Source of the DNA: Candidatus Eiseniibacteriota bacterium
Lineage (GTDB): Bacteria; Eisenbacteria; RBG-16-71-46; JABDJR01
Direction of reading: 5' to 3'
Assembly (NCBI GenBank): GCA_963762255.1
Contig: CAVXKA010000003.1
Span: 768,001-832,000, forward strand
Length of the DNA stretch: 64,000 nt
Made by a program: the position numbers and the translations under genes. Under the pieces are notes generated by a model, which saw only the letters and a program-made list of their open reading frames with translations, made no database searches and was not told where the DNA came from. Of this stretch, positions 22,680 through 31,467 are shown piece by piece; position 1 is the first letter of the stretch; every line of letters starts with the position of its first letter.

Positions 22680-23908
22680 GACAGGCCACCTTCCTCTTGA
22701 GCGAGCGGCACGTTGAGGGTGATGGTCGCCCCCGCCCCGGGGGCCGATCGCACATCGAGCCGGCCGCCCAGATGTCGCAGGCGCTCCCGGATGCTGAACA
22801 GGCCGAAGGTCCCCGCCTCCGCGCTCGCAGCCGCCGCCTCCGCCCGCTCGGGGTCGAACCCCGCGCCGTCGTCCGTGACCTGCACTTGAAGCATCGTTGC
22901 CTCCCGACGCAGCAGGACCTGCACGCGCTTCGGGCGCCCGTGCTTGATCGCGTTGGTAAGCAGTTCGTGCGCCGACTTGAAGAGCATCACCCGCGTCGCC
23001 TGGGGTACTTGCGGCACATCGCGCGCGGCGGTCACTTCCACCTGGACGCCATGCTTGGCCGTGAATTGCTCCCCCATCCATTCGAGCGCGGGCCCCAGGC
23101 CGAGTTCGTAGAGCACCGGCGGGCTCAGCTCTCCGGTCAGCGTGCGCGTGTAGCGGATGGACTGGTCCACAAGGCCCAGGATCTCGCGCAGGCTGGACTC
23201 GAAGCCGCAGAAGACGGCGTCGCCCGCAAACTGCGCCAGGCGCAGCTTCACGAAGGCCAGAGCCTGCCCCAAGTGGTCGTGCAGATCGGCGGCAATAGCG
23301 CGCCGTTCGCGTTCTTCCGCAAGGGCGAGTTCCGTCGCGAGACGGCGCAATTGCTCCCGGTGTCGATCGATCTCCGCGCAGGCGCGGCGGTGCTCGGCGA
23401 TCTCCGCTTGCAGCGTCGCGTTGGTGGCTTGCAGCTCCGCGGTGCGCTCCGCAACCTGGCGCTCGAGCTGGTCGTGCGCCCGCTGCGCGGCCTGATCGTC
23501 GAGTTGGTGCTGGAGGTACATGCGGAGCATCTCAGCCAGCGAATCGATGAGGTCGCGCTCTTCGCTGAGGAATGGACCCTCGGCCGCCGGTGGGCGCGCC
23601 TCCAGGTAGCAGATCTCGAGGCTCCCCTCCGATGGCGCCGTTGCGCCGGAGACGCGGGCGGTGAAGCGCGCCCGCTGAGTCCATGGTGTCTCTCGGAAGT
23701 TCGCGCTCGCGTACTCCCCGCCCAGAAGCCGGAGGCGGGCGGCGGCGACTTCCGGGAACTGCCAGGCCGCGGGAAGAAACTCCACGATCTCGCGCATCAA
23801 GCCTTCGACCGGCCGCTGAGTGTCTTGCAGCAGTCGTGCCGTGCGGTGGAGCGCGGTGAGTTCTTTGACGCGCTCGCCGAGGCTGTGGCGGATCGAATCC
23901 TGGGTCAT
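22676..23908 (-). CDS. Cytoplasmic sensor histidine kinase (HisKA_3) with GAF-like N-terminus
   Basis: ERRAIAADLHD H-box, ELLTNAIKH, DDGAGF and FGLFSIRER; no TM segment evident. Confidence 0.9.
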   Translation of the reverse strand: MTQDSIRHSLGERVKELTALHRTARLLQDTQRPVEGLMREIVEFLPAAWQFPEVAAARLRLLGGEYASANFRETPWTQRARFTARVSGATAPSEGSLEICYLEARPPAAEGPFLSEERDLIDSLAEMLRMYLQHQLDDQAAQRAHDQLERQVAERTAELQATNATLQAEIAEHRRACAEIDRHREQLRRLATELALAEERERRAIAADLHDHLGQALAFVKLRLAQFAGDAVFCGFESSLREILGLVDQSIRYTRTLTGELSPPVLYELGLGPALEWMGEQFTAKHGVQVEVTAARDVPQVPQATRVMLFKSAHELLTNAIKHGRPKRVQVLLRREATMLQVQVTDDGAGFDPERAEAAAASAEAGTFGLFSIRERLRHLGGRLDVRSAPGAGATITLNVPLAQEEGGLS

Positions 23909-24000
23909 GCGTGCGTTCCTGCGCGAGGGCGCCGGACAGGCCGACTGGATCGGGCCGCATAGTCTACGCCCGTCGTCCGGACGGGCCCCAGGGGAAAGGA

Positions 24001-24076
24001 TGGAGGCGCCAGGCAGATTCGAACTGCCGCATAACGGTTTTGCAGACCGTCCCCTTAGCCACTTGGGTATGGCGCC
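24001..24076 (-). tRNA. tRNA-Cys (GCA)
   Basis: Reverse complement GGCGCCATACCCAAGTGGCTAAGGGGACGGTCT-GCA-AAACCGTTATGCGGCAGTTCGAATCTGCCTGGCGCCTCCA folds as a cloverleaf with encoded CCA. Confidence 0.96.
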
Positions 24077-24103
24077 TCTTCAAAGCGGCAGAAGAGGTTA
24101 GCA
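24042..24103. repeat. att direct repeat copy 1 (tRNA 5' half plus 27 bp upstream)
   Basis: Exact match to 28092-28153. Confidence 0.92.
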
Positions 24104-24123
24104 GATACCCTTCACTGAGACAA
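24095..24123 (-). promoter_or_regulatory. Island-supplied sigma70-like promoter for tRNA-Cys
   Basis: TTGTCT-17 bp-TAACCT with TGn extended -10. Confidence 0.55.
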
Positions 24124-24580
24124 CACCAGGGTGTGACCACTTTTGTGACCACCTTCCTGGCCACGGAAGCCCACCCTGAGTGCCTCATTGAACACAGCAC
24201 CATCCGAAAGCTGACCGTACCTCTGGGTGACTTGGATGGAGGAGTGACCTAGGAGCTTCTGAAGAGCTTCCAGACTTCCCCCCATTTCCAGCCACCTACA
24301 GGCAAAGGTGTGACGAAGCTGGTGGAAGTGCCACGTCACTCCGGCGGCCTTCTCGATCCGATCGACGAAGCTGCACGGGGTCTTGCAGCGCATGGGCAGG
24401 ACGAACACCGACGTCGTCCTCGCCAGTCGCTCCCGCAAGAGCGCCGCAGCTTCCGGGACGAGCGGCACGCGCCGGACCTTGCCCGACTTCGTGTGATAGA
24501 CCACCAGGTGCGGACGCGGCAGGTCCCTGACGTGCCGCCACTGCAGCCGGTGGAGTTCCCCCCGCCGGAGACTGGTGAGG
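24112..24580 (-). pseudogene. Truncated tyrosine recombinase/integrase (catalytic domain only)
   Basis: LRRGEL, HTKSGK, HQLRHTFA, LLGHSS and TQRY motifs; an in-frame stop near 24655 removes the N-terminal domains. Confidence 0.85.
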
Positions 24581-24782
24581 GGGCCACTTCGGGCACTCGC
24601 GGCATGATCGATGAGCGGAAGACTGCCGAAGAGGGCAACATGACCACCATGCGTTCAGCTTTCGCGGAGGCCCACCCAATGGCTCACAAGTTGGAGCTGG
24701 ACATGCTCTTCGCGAGCAGGTGATTCTGCCTTGACGTTCGTCATGTAACGCTCCGTAACACCCCATATGGAGGACCTGCACG

Positions 24783-25148
24783 GTGACTGGATCGATGCCT
24801 CACATTCAGGGATTCGCGCCCTCCGTGCCGCTGCTCGCCGGTACCTCGTCTCTGGAAACCGAGGATCGGGCCTCGGAGACCATCGCCGGGCGATGCGACG
24901 GCGAGTACCAGGTCTCGTTTGATTTCGCGACACCGAACGCCGGTTCGAGCGTGGAGCTGAGCGCCAACGGCGCGGCGCCCAAGATGGTCAGCCTGCCCGC
25001 GACCGGAGAATGGCAGCTGTACCAGCGCGTCGAAGGCGGCAGATTATCGTTCAAATACGGGGTGAACACCCTTTCGCTCCGCTGCGTCACCAAGGTCGGC
25101 GAAGACATGGGCAACCTGGGCGAGATCCTCCTGGAGCGGACGAAATAG
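24783..25148 (+). pseudogene. Fragment of a CBM6/CBM35-like carbohydrate-binding domain
   Basis: LPATGEWQ..G.NTLSL pattern; no convincing start or catalytic domain. Confidence 0.45.
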
Positions 25149-25173
25149 GGAATCAAGCTGCGAAGCACGAACC

Positions 25174-25203
25174 CGTAGGGGCGACGCATGCGTCGCCCCT
25201 ACG
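25174..25203. repeat. Perfect 30-bp palindrome, REP-like (GTAG-type)
   Basis: CGTAGGGGCGACGCA-TGCGTCGCCCCTACG. Confidence 0.75.
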
Positions 25204-25258
25204 ATTCATTGCGTCAAAATTTCGAATCAAACCATCTTGACCCGACCTGATTCATCTC

Positions 25259-26197
25259 CTACAGCCGGTAATACTCCCGGAACCATTGAATGGTCTTCTT
25301 GAGGCCATCTTCGAAGGACGTTTTCGGCGCCCAGCCGAGGATCCTGCGTGCGCGATCGCTGTTGGAACACATGTGCCAGATCTCGGTCGGCCGGTAGGGC
25401 AGCGCCCCGAGCTGGATGTCGCTCTTGCTGCCGGTCAGTTCCTTGATCGTCAGGATCAGCCGCTTGATCGGGATCTCCTCGCCGTTGCCGAGGTTCATGA
25501 TGTTGCCGATCGCCTCGTCCTTCTTGACCGCCAGCATGATGCCGTCGGCCAGGTCCTCGACGTAGTTGAACTCCCGCGTCTGCTCGCCCTTGGTGGCCTT
25601 GAGCGGCCGGTTCTTGAGGCAGGTCTCGATGACCTCGCCGATGATCGCCTTCGAGCTCTGATACGGGCCGTAGGCGTTGAACGGCCGGATGATGACGATC
25701 GGCTTCTTCATCATCGACATCTTCATCTGGCAGTAGAGCTCGCCGCCGTACTTGCCGATCGAATAGGGCGAGATCGGCTGCGGCAGCATGGTCTCGACGA
25801 AGGGCACCTCGGTCTGGTAGCCGTAGACCTCGGAGGTGGAGATGTAGACGAACTTCTCGTAATCCTGGTACGCCTCGAGGATGTTGGCGGTGCCCTTGCA
25901 GTTGACGTCGAGGGCCTCGGACACGCTCATGAAGCTGTCGCCGACGTGGTTGTACGCGGCCATGTGCACGACGATGTCCGGCTTGAACACCGCGATCTGG
26001 CGGAGCGAATCCTGGTTGCGGATGTCGGCCTCGATCACCTCCACGTCGTCCCAGATGTCGCGGATGCGCTCATTGTCGATCAGGCTCTTGTACTTGGTGA
26101 TGATCCCGACCCGCGCGCCCTCCTTCACCAGCCGGCGCGTCACGTTGGCAGGAATGAACCCCGAACCGCCGGTCACCAGCACTTTCTTGTTCTTCAT
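25259..26197 (-). CDS. NAD-dependent nucleotide-sugar epimerase/dehydratase
   Basis: VTGGSGFI, STSEVYG, YSIGK (YxxxK), RPFNAYGP. Confidence 0.92.
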   Translation of the reverse strand: MKNKKVLVTGGSGFIPANVTRRLVKEGARVGIITKYKSLIDNERIRDIWDDVEVIEADIRNQDSLRQIAVFKPDIVVHMAAYNHVGDSFMSVSEALDVNCKGTANILEAYQDYEKFVYISTSEVYGYQTEVPFVETMLPQPISPYSIGKYGGELYCQMKMSMMKKPIVIIRPFNAYGPYQSSKAIIGEVIETCLKNRPLKATKGEQTREFNYVEDLADGIMLAVKKDEAIGNIMNLGNGEEIPIKRLILTIKELTGSKSDIQLGALPYRPTEIWHMCSNSDRARRILGWAPKTSFEDGLKKTIQWFREYYRL

Positions 26198-26931
26198 TCG
26201 GTGTCCCCCATTGTGCCCGAGAGAATGGTGTAAAACCCCTCCAGGCGCGCCTCGGTGTCGATCTTCTCTTCCTTGGTATTGACCGTCAGGTGCTCGCCCT
26301 CGTGGCGGAAGGCCCAAAACCGGCCCATGGCGATCACCTTGTCATACAGATCCACGATCGATTCCGCTTCGTCGACCAGGTCGAGGACCGACTTTTCCAC
26401 GACCATGAAACCTATGTTCATCCACTCATCCAGCAGCGGCTTTTCCCGGAACGAGGACACCTGCCCGCGGTCGTTGAACTTGAGAATGCCGAAGGACGAA
26501 TGCAGCCGGCGCACGGTCATCGTCAGCAGGCTGTCGCTCCGCTCGTGGAACTCCAGGAGGTCATGCAGGTTGACGTCCGCGATGGCGTCGCCGAACGAGA
26601 GAATGAAGCGGTCGCCGGTCAGGATTCTCCGGGCATTGAGGACCCGCTTCAGCATGGACGCGTCCTCACCGGCGTCATCGTATTCAATCAGGTACGGCAG
26701 ATTCTTCCCCTCGAAATAATCCCGGATCATGAATCCCCGGTATCCGAGGCAGAGGCAGAAACGGTTGAAACCCCAGACGGCGAAAATATCCAGGATGTGC
26801 TTGATCATCGGCTGGTCGCGCAGGTAGACCAGCGGCTTGGGAATCTCGTCGGTGATCGGCTGAAGCCGGACGCCGCGGCCGCCGCAGAGGATCACCACCT
26901 GGGTGTTGCGCGCCTTCTCCACGTCCTTCAT
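26194..26931 (-). CDS. Sugar-phosphate nucleotidyltransferase (glucose-1-P cytidylyltransferase-like)
   Basis: ILCGGRGVRL..PKPLV, CLGYRG, FREKP. Confidence 0.85.
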   Translation of the reverse strand: MKDVEKARNTQVVILCGGRGVRLQPITDEIPKPLVYLRDQPMIKHILDIFAVWGFNRFCLCLGYRGFMIRDYFEGKNLPYLIEYDDAGEDASMLKRVLNARRILTGDRFILSFGDAIADVNLHDLLEFHERSDSLLTMTVRRLHSSFGILKFNDRGQVSSFREKPLLDEWMNIGFMVVEKSVLDLVDEAESIVDLYDKVIAMGRFWAFRHEGEHLTVNTKEEKIDTEARLEGFYTILSGTMGDTE

Positions 26932-27614
26932 GCGGGCCGCCGGTACTTGAACATGGCGGACAGGGCCTGGAAACCGTCGCGCATCTTGATCTTCTTGCCC
27001 TGCTGGCTGTTCCGCGGCCGGAAGCGGATCGGCAGTTCCAGGTACTTCAACTGCGGCCGCCCTCGCAACAGCTTGAAGGCGATCTCGATGTCGAGGTCGA
27101 AACGGTCGGACTCGAGTTCCTCGATGGCGATCAAGTCCCGGCGGAACACCTTGTAGCAGGTTTCCACGTCCGACAGCCGGCGGCCCAGCAACACGCCGGC
27201 GACGCGCGAGAGGAACACGTTGCCGTAGTAGTAGAGTAAACTGAAATGCTGGTCTTGCTGGAGAAACCGCGAGCCGAAGGCCACGTCCGCCTCGCCGCTC
27301 TCCACCGCCCTGACCAGCGGCACCAAGTCTTGCGGATCCAGTTCCACGTCGGCATCCTGGAACGCGATGATCTCACCTTTGGCGTGCCGCAACCCGAGCC
27401 TGACGCCATGGCCCTTGCCGATATTGACGTCGTTGTACACGACCTGGATCGCGTGGGTCCCGGCCAGCTTCCGCAGCAGGGCCCGGGTGCCGTCGGTGGA
27501 GCCGTTCTCCACCACGACGATCTGTTTGTCGAGGGGAAGCTCACCGACAGCCTCGATCACCTGCCGGATGGTGGCTTCCTCGTTATAGGCTGTTATGATG
27601 ATGGTGGTCAGCAT
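26928..27614 (-). CDS. GT2 (DPM1-like) glycosyltransferase
   Basis: AYNEE, NGSTDGT, QDAD, FGSRF, DVETCYK. Confidence 0.9.
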   Translation of the reverse strand: MLTTIIITAYNEEATIRQVIEAVGELPLDKQIVVVENGSTDGTRALLRKLAGTHAIQVVYNDVNIGKGHGVRLGLRHAKGEIIAFQDADVELDPQDLVPLVRAVESGEADVAFGSRFLQQDQHFSLLYYYGNVFLSRVAGVLLGRRLSDVETCYKVFRRDLIAIEELESDRFDLDIEIAFKLLRGRPQLKYLELPIRFRPRNSQQGKKIKMRDGFQALSAMFKYRRPA

Positions 27615-27699
27615 GTCTCATCCCTATCTTATGGTAACAGTTCACGGCATCGAGCGGAAGGGGGCGTTCCGTGCGGAGTGCGCGTACCAATGCAAAGGC

Positions 27700-27880
27700 G
27701 TCGTGACTGAGACATCCGCCAGCGAGCGGCGCGCGCGGTCGAGCAGCTCCCGCGTGGCTAACCGCAGGAGGTGGATTGCGCAGTCGGCCTTCTCGTGGCC
27801 GCAGGCCGCGGCGACCGACACGCACTCGCGCAGCACGGTCGGCAGCTTCAGCGCTTTGAGGTGGTGCTCCACCCATTCCC
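27700..27880 (-). pseudogene. istB: IS21-family IstB helper ATPase, N-terminal remnant
   Basis: HHLKALKLPTVLREC...LLRL..RELLDR resembles the IstB N-terminus; the rest is missing. Confidence 0.7.
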
Positions 27881-28091
27881 CCTTGACCCCGTCCGGCCTC
27901 GGCACCTGCGCCGGTTTGCGTCTATGAATTCCATGGAAATGGTAGGAAGCCGCCGGAAACGATAATAGGATGCTGTCCGGCACGAGCGGGCGTACCCAAT
28001 CTCACCACCCAGGGTTGCCTGCGAAACACCCTTGTGAGAAGGGCTTGGACCGTGGACCTCGCATGACTTAGAAAACCTCGATTTCGCCTTC

Positions 28092-28153
28092 GCAGACCGT
28101 CCCCTTAGCCACTTGGGTATGGCGCCTCTTCAAAGCGGCAGAAGAGGTTAGCA
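28092..28153. repeat. att direct repeat copy 2 containing an orphan 5' half of tRNA-Cys (28092-28126)
   Basis: Identity with copy 1 ends within the anticodon loop. Confidence 0.92.
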
Positions 28154-28174
28154 CAACCCAAGGAGCCGACTCAA
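28145..28174 (-). promoter_or_regulatory. Probable original tRNA promoter, now facing into the island
   Basis: TTGAGT-18 bp-TAACCT with TGn. Confidence 0.55.
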
Positions 28175-28604
28175 CCGGCCCCACCGGCTCGATGCCGGCC
28201 CCTCCCGCTGCGGCCGAGGCGATCCGGCCCGCCCGACGCGGCGCCGATCGAGCAATTCGCTCAAGTGATCCCTGGTCTTCTCATCCGCGCAGTACAGACT
28301 GCCCCCCAGCCTGGACCATGTAGCAATTATTCTGATTTGGTGATTGACGACTCATTTAGTCCTTGATACCTTTCCCGCAGTCGCTTCGGTCGGCTATTAG
28401 TCGATTCGAGTTCGCCATGATCTCGGTGGCGCAGCGGCTCTCGCGCTCTGTCGGGCATCCTCCGACGGGGGTCGGTTCTCAAGTACCTCCATACCGGGGT
28501 TGGAGAAACGCGCTGCACCCGGGCGTTGGCCTTCTCCACCCGCGCTCAGGTCCCGGTGCCATCTGAACCTATGCGGCAATCGGTGACTAGAAAGGTCCGT
28601 TTTC

Positions 28605-29303
28605 ATGCGAATGGCGTCCCGTAGAGAGCTCCGGCTTGTATCGGTAACGCGGCTCGCGCTTCCCATCTTCCTGGCGGTCATGCTGGGGATGACGGGTTCA
28701 GCGGCGGCGCAGCTCGTGAATCCCGCCTTCGACTCCGGCCCGGCAGGACCGGTGGGCAATTTCGGCACCGTTGTCGGCCCTCCTTTCCAGGGCGGCCTGT
28801 GGGGTGCCGAGGACGCTTCCATCGACAACGCCACCATTTGCGGCACCGGGCCGCTCAGCAGCCCGTACATGCTGAGCCTCGGGACGGGGGGTGGTTCCTA
28901 TAGCCAGGCTTGGCAGGCGGTCGACGTTTCGGCCGGGCCTCCCGCCGTTGTGAACCTCCGCGCCCGGGCCAACACCTGCGCCTCGGCGCCGGGGGTGACG
29001 GTGGGACTGGACATCAGAACCTTCAACAACGCGAACGGCTGGCCCAGCCACACCATGGTAGTGAGCACCTCCATCCAGCTCGACGCCGATGTGAACACCT
29101 GGGAGCAGGTCCTTCTGGATTGCATCCCGATCCCTTCCGACACCGAGTGGATTCTGGCGCAGGTATACCTGGTCAACTCCACGGCGGGCGGCAATCCAGC
29201 TTACTTCGACGACGTGCTGCTCGAGTTCGATCATTGCATCGTCCCGGCCGCTCCCACCACATGGGGCGCGGTCAAGGCTCTCTACGGGACTCCGTCCGAG
29301 TAG
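28605..29303 (+). CDS. Secreted protein, CBM-like jelly-roll, with C-terminal TTWGAVKALY motif
   Basis: Signal peptide ending AAAQ, LVNPAFD start of mature part, YFDDV; start may lie further downstream. Confidence 0.7.
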   Translation: MRMASRRELRLVSVTRLALPIFLAVMLGMTGSAAAQLVNPAFDSGPAGPVGNFGTVVGPPFQGGLWGAEDASIDNATICGTGPLSSPYMLSLGTGGGSYSQAWQAVDVSAGPPAVVNLRARANTCASAPGVTVGLDIRTFNNANGWPSHTMVVSTSIQLDADVNTWEQVLLDCIPIPSDTEWILAQVYLVNSTAGGNPAYFDDVLLEFDHCIVPAAPTTWGAVKALYGTPSE

Positions 29304-29556
29304 ATACTTCCCTATGCCTTGACGAGTCCAATTGCCGCCGGTCCGAGGGATCCTCGGGCCGGCGGCATCGCGTTTCCAGCCGTTGACGAGGAAGTCATGT
29401 CGCGATGCCCTGAGCATCCGGCGCCGGGGATAACGCTGCATTCCGCAAGGAGTGAGGTCGTGATAGGTTCCTCCTGGTTCCTGTGAGGAACACGCGTTCA
29501 ACCGGATTGAGGCTGCGAATCCGGCGCACAACTTCTGTCGTTGTCTTGAGTCTGGA

Positions 29557-31314
29557 ATGTACCGACACCTGACCATCCTTCTCCTCCTGCATCTGACCGT
29601 TGGAGCTTCCCCGTCTCGGGGTTCCGCGGCGCAAGACGAGCCCGAAGCGCGCGCGCGACCGGACTCGGCTGAGGTCGAGCGAAGCGGCCAGGAACCCGTC
29701 CTGGAGCGGACCGATCTGAAGTTCCTCGCGTACGCGGGGAAGCACGTCCGGAAGATCCGGGTCATGAATCTCGATGTATTCGGCGCGTCGGTGGACGACA
29801 CCACCCTGGTGACGAAGTCACGGCTGGGGGGATTCCTCAACCACCTGAACTTCCGGACCCGCGAGACGACCGTTCGCCAGACCCTCCTTTTCGGGGAGGG
29901 GGACGCCATCGATCCCTTCCGGCTGGCGGACAGCGAGCGCATCCTTCGTAACCTGGCGTTCATCGCAGATGCCCGGGTCTTCGTGGTGCAGATCCCCGGA
30001 AGCGGCGATTCGGTCGACGTGGGGGTCATCGTGAAGGAAACGTGGACCCTCAAACTCTCAGAGACCCTGAGAGAGGGAAACCGCCTGAAAGTCAGCCTCG
30101 CCGAGCAGAACCTCCTCGGGCTGGGGCACCAGGTCTACGTGGCGGGCACGCTGGACCCGAAAGCCACCCCCCGCTTGGGATTCGATGCGAGCTACTCCAT
30201 GCAGAACATCCGTGGCTCGTTCATCACCGGAAGCCTGGAGTACGCGAAACTGTCCGGCAAGGAAACTGCGGCTCTCACAATGTCCCGCGAGCTGGTCTCT
30301 CCCGTCCTCCGATACGCCGGAGGCCTGGATCTGATACGGACGTCGATCTCAGAACCGGATTCACAGCCGTCCGTGGCCAGCAATAGTTCGGAGTTGGTCG
30401 ATATCTGGGCGGGAAGGCAGATCTATCAGCGGCGCAGTCAGAAAGAAACCGGGACCCCCCGCATCCTGTTCGTTTCGGGCCGGGTCCGGCATCTCAAGTT
30501 CACCAGACGCCCGCCGGTCACGCCGTCCACCTACTATCAGTATCAGAACATGGATCACGTTCTGGGAAGCCTCACCTACATCCACAACTGGCATTACCGC
30601 ACGAATCTCCTGTTCAACTTCGGACGGACCGAGGATGTCCCCTCTGGTGTCCTCGCCCGCGTCACGTACGGATTGGCCGATGAGGAGTTCAGTCAGCGTA
30701 CGTATGCCGCCGTTACGCTGGCGGGCGGGAAGAAGATCGAGAGTCTCGGTTTTGGAGTCGGGGAATTGCGGATCGGCGGGTACCCCAACCGCGGAATGCT
30801 CGAGCAGGGAGTGATCCGCTTGCGGACGCTCTATTTCAGCAATCTCCTGCACACGGGAGGGTTCCGTCTCCGCCAGTTCGTCAGAGCGGCATACATCACC
30901 GGCATCAATCGCTTGGCGGACGACGGCATCGACTTCAACGGCGATGAAGGCATCCGGGGCGTGGTCTACGACGGCAGTGTGACCGGAACCAAACGTCTTC
31001 AGCTCGACCTTGAAACCGTCGCGTTCACCCCTTGGAAGGTGGGGGGAGTCACCCTTGCCTCCTTCACCTTCGCGGAAGCGGATTTCATCGGTTCCGGACG
31101 GAGGAGCGTCTTCACGCAAGACTGCTATTCGGGGCTGGGGCTGGGAGTCCGATTGCACAAGGAGGGCTTCGGCGTCGGACCGGTGCAGCTGCGCTTCGCC
31201 TGGTACCCGAGACTCCCGGTCCGTCATGCCGGGTACTCATTCACCGTGTTCGCGGGGGAACGATTCCCAACGATCGGGCTCCTGGGGAGTGAGCCGGAGA
31301 TCGTGGAGTACTAG
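29557..31314 (+). CDS. Omp85/BamA-TamA-like outer-membrane protein (POTRA plus beta-barrel)
   Basis: TRETTVRQTLLF.EGD..SERILRNL POTRA-like segment, EQNLLGLG barrel start, GLGLGVRL late strand. Confidence 0.7.
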   Translation: MYRHLTILLLLHLTVGASPSRGSAAQDEPEARARPDSAEVERSGQEPVLERTDLKFLAYAGKHVRKIRVMNLDVFGASVDDTTLVTKSRLGGFLNHLNFRTRETTVRQTLLFGEGDAIDPFRLADSERILRNLAFIADARVFVVQIPGSGDSVDVGVIVKETWTLKLSETLREGNRLKVSLAEQNLLGLGHQVYVAGTLDPKATPRLGFDASYSMQNIRGSFITGSLEYAKLSGKETAALTMSRELVSPVLRYAGGLDLIRTSISEPDSQPSVASNSSELVDIWAGRQIYQRRSQKETGTPRILFVSGRVRHLKFTRRPPVTPSTYYQYQNMDHVLGSLTYIHNWHYRTNLLFNFGRTEDVPSGVLARVTYGLADEEFSQRTYAAVTLAGGKKIESLGFGVGELRIGGYPNRGMLEQGVIRLRTLYFSNLLHTGGFRLRQFVRAAYITGINRLADDGIDFNGDEGIRGVVYDGSVTGTKRLQLDLETVAFTPWKVGGVTLASFTFAEADFIGSGRRSVFTQDCYSGLGLGVRLHKEGFGVGPVQLRFAWYPRLPVRHAGYSFTVFAGERFPTIGLLGSEPEIVEY

Positions 31315-31344
31315 CGGATCCACCCCCGACGCCTGCGACCCCGC

Positions 31345-31394
31345 TTGACACGCCTTCCTTCTGGTCGCATAGTTTGCACGGATACCGAACAAAG
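31345..31394 (+). promoter_or_regulatory. Sigma70 promoter plus ROK-type operator 1
   Basis: TTGACA-17-CATAGT; operator GTTTGCACGGATACCGAACAAAG at 31372-31394. Confidence 0.65.
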
Positions 31395-31467
31395 CCCGGG
31401 CCGCCCCTACCCGCTTGGCCTCGGCCCCCCGATCGGATTCGCCCCTAAACGAATGTGGAGGCGAGGG

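Larger units (their letters stand above)
24042..28153. mobile_element. Decayed genomic island integrated in tRNA-Cys, bounded by 62-bp direct repeats
   Basis: Identical repeats at 24042-24103 and 28092-28153; integrase remnant beside one end; IS21 remnant; polysaccharide gene cargo. Confidence 0.88.

Noticed and set aside
23820-24252. Short ORFs across 24.0 kb
   Set aside because: They overlap the tRNA-Cys gene and att site
28092-28126. Second tRNA-Cys gene
   Set aside because: Only the 5' half is present; the T-arm and acceptor 3' strand are missing
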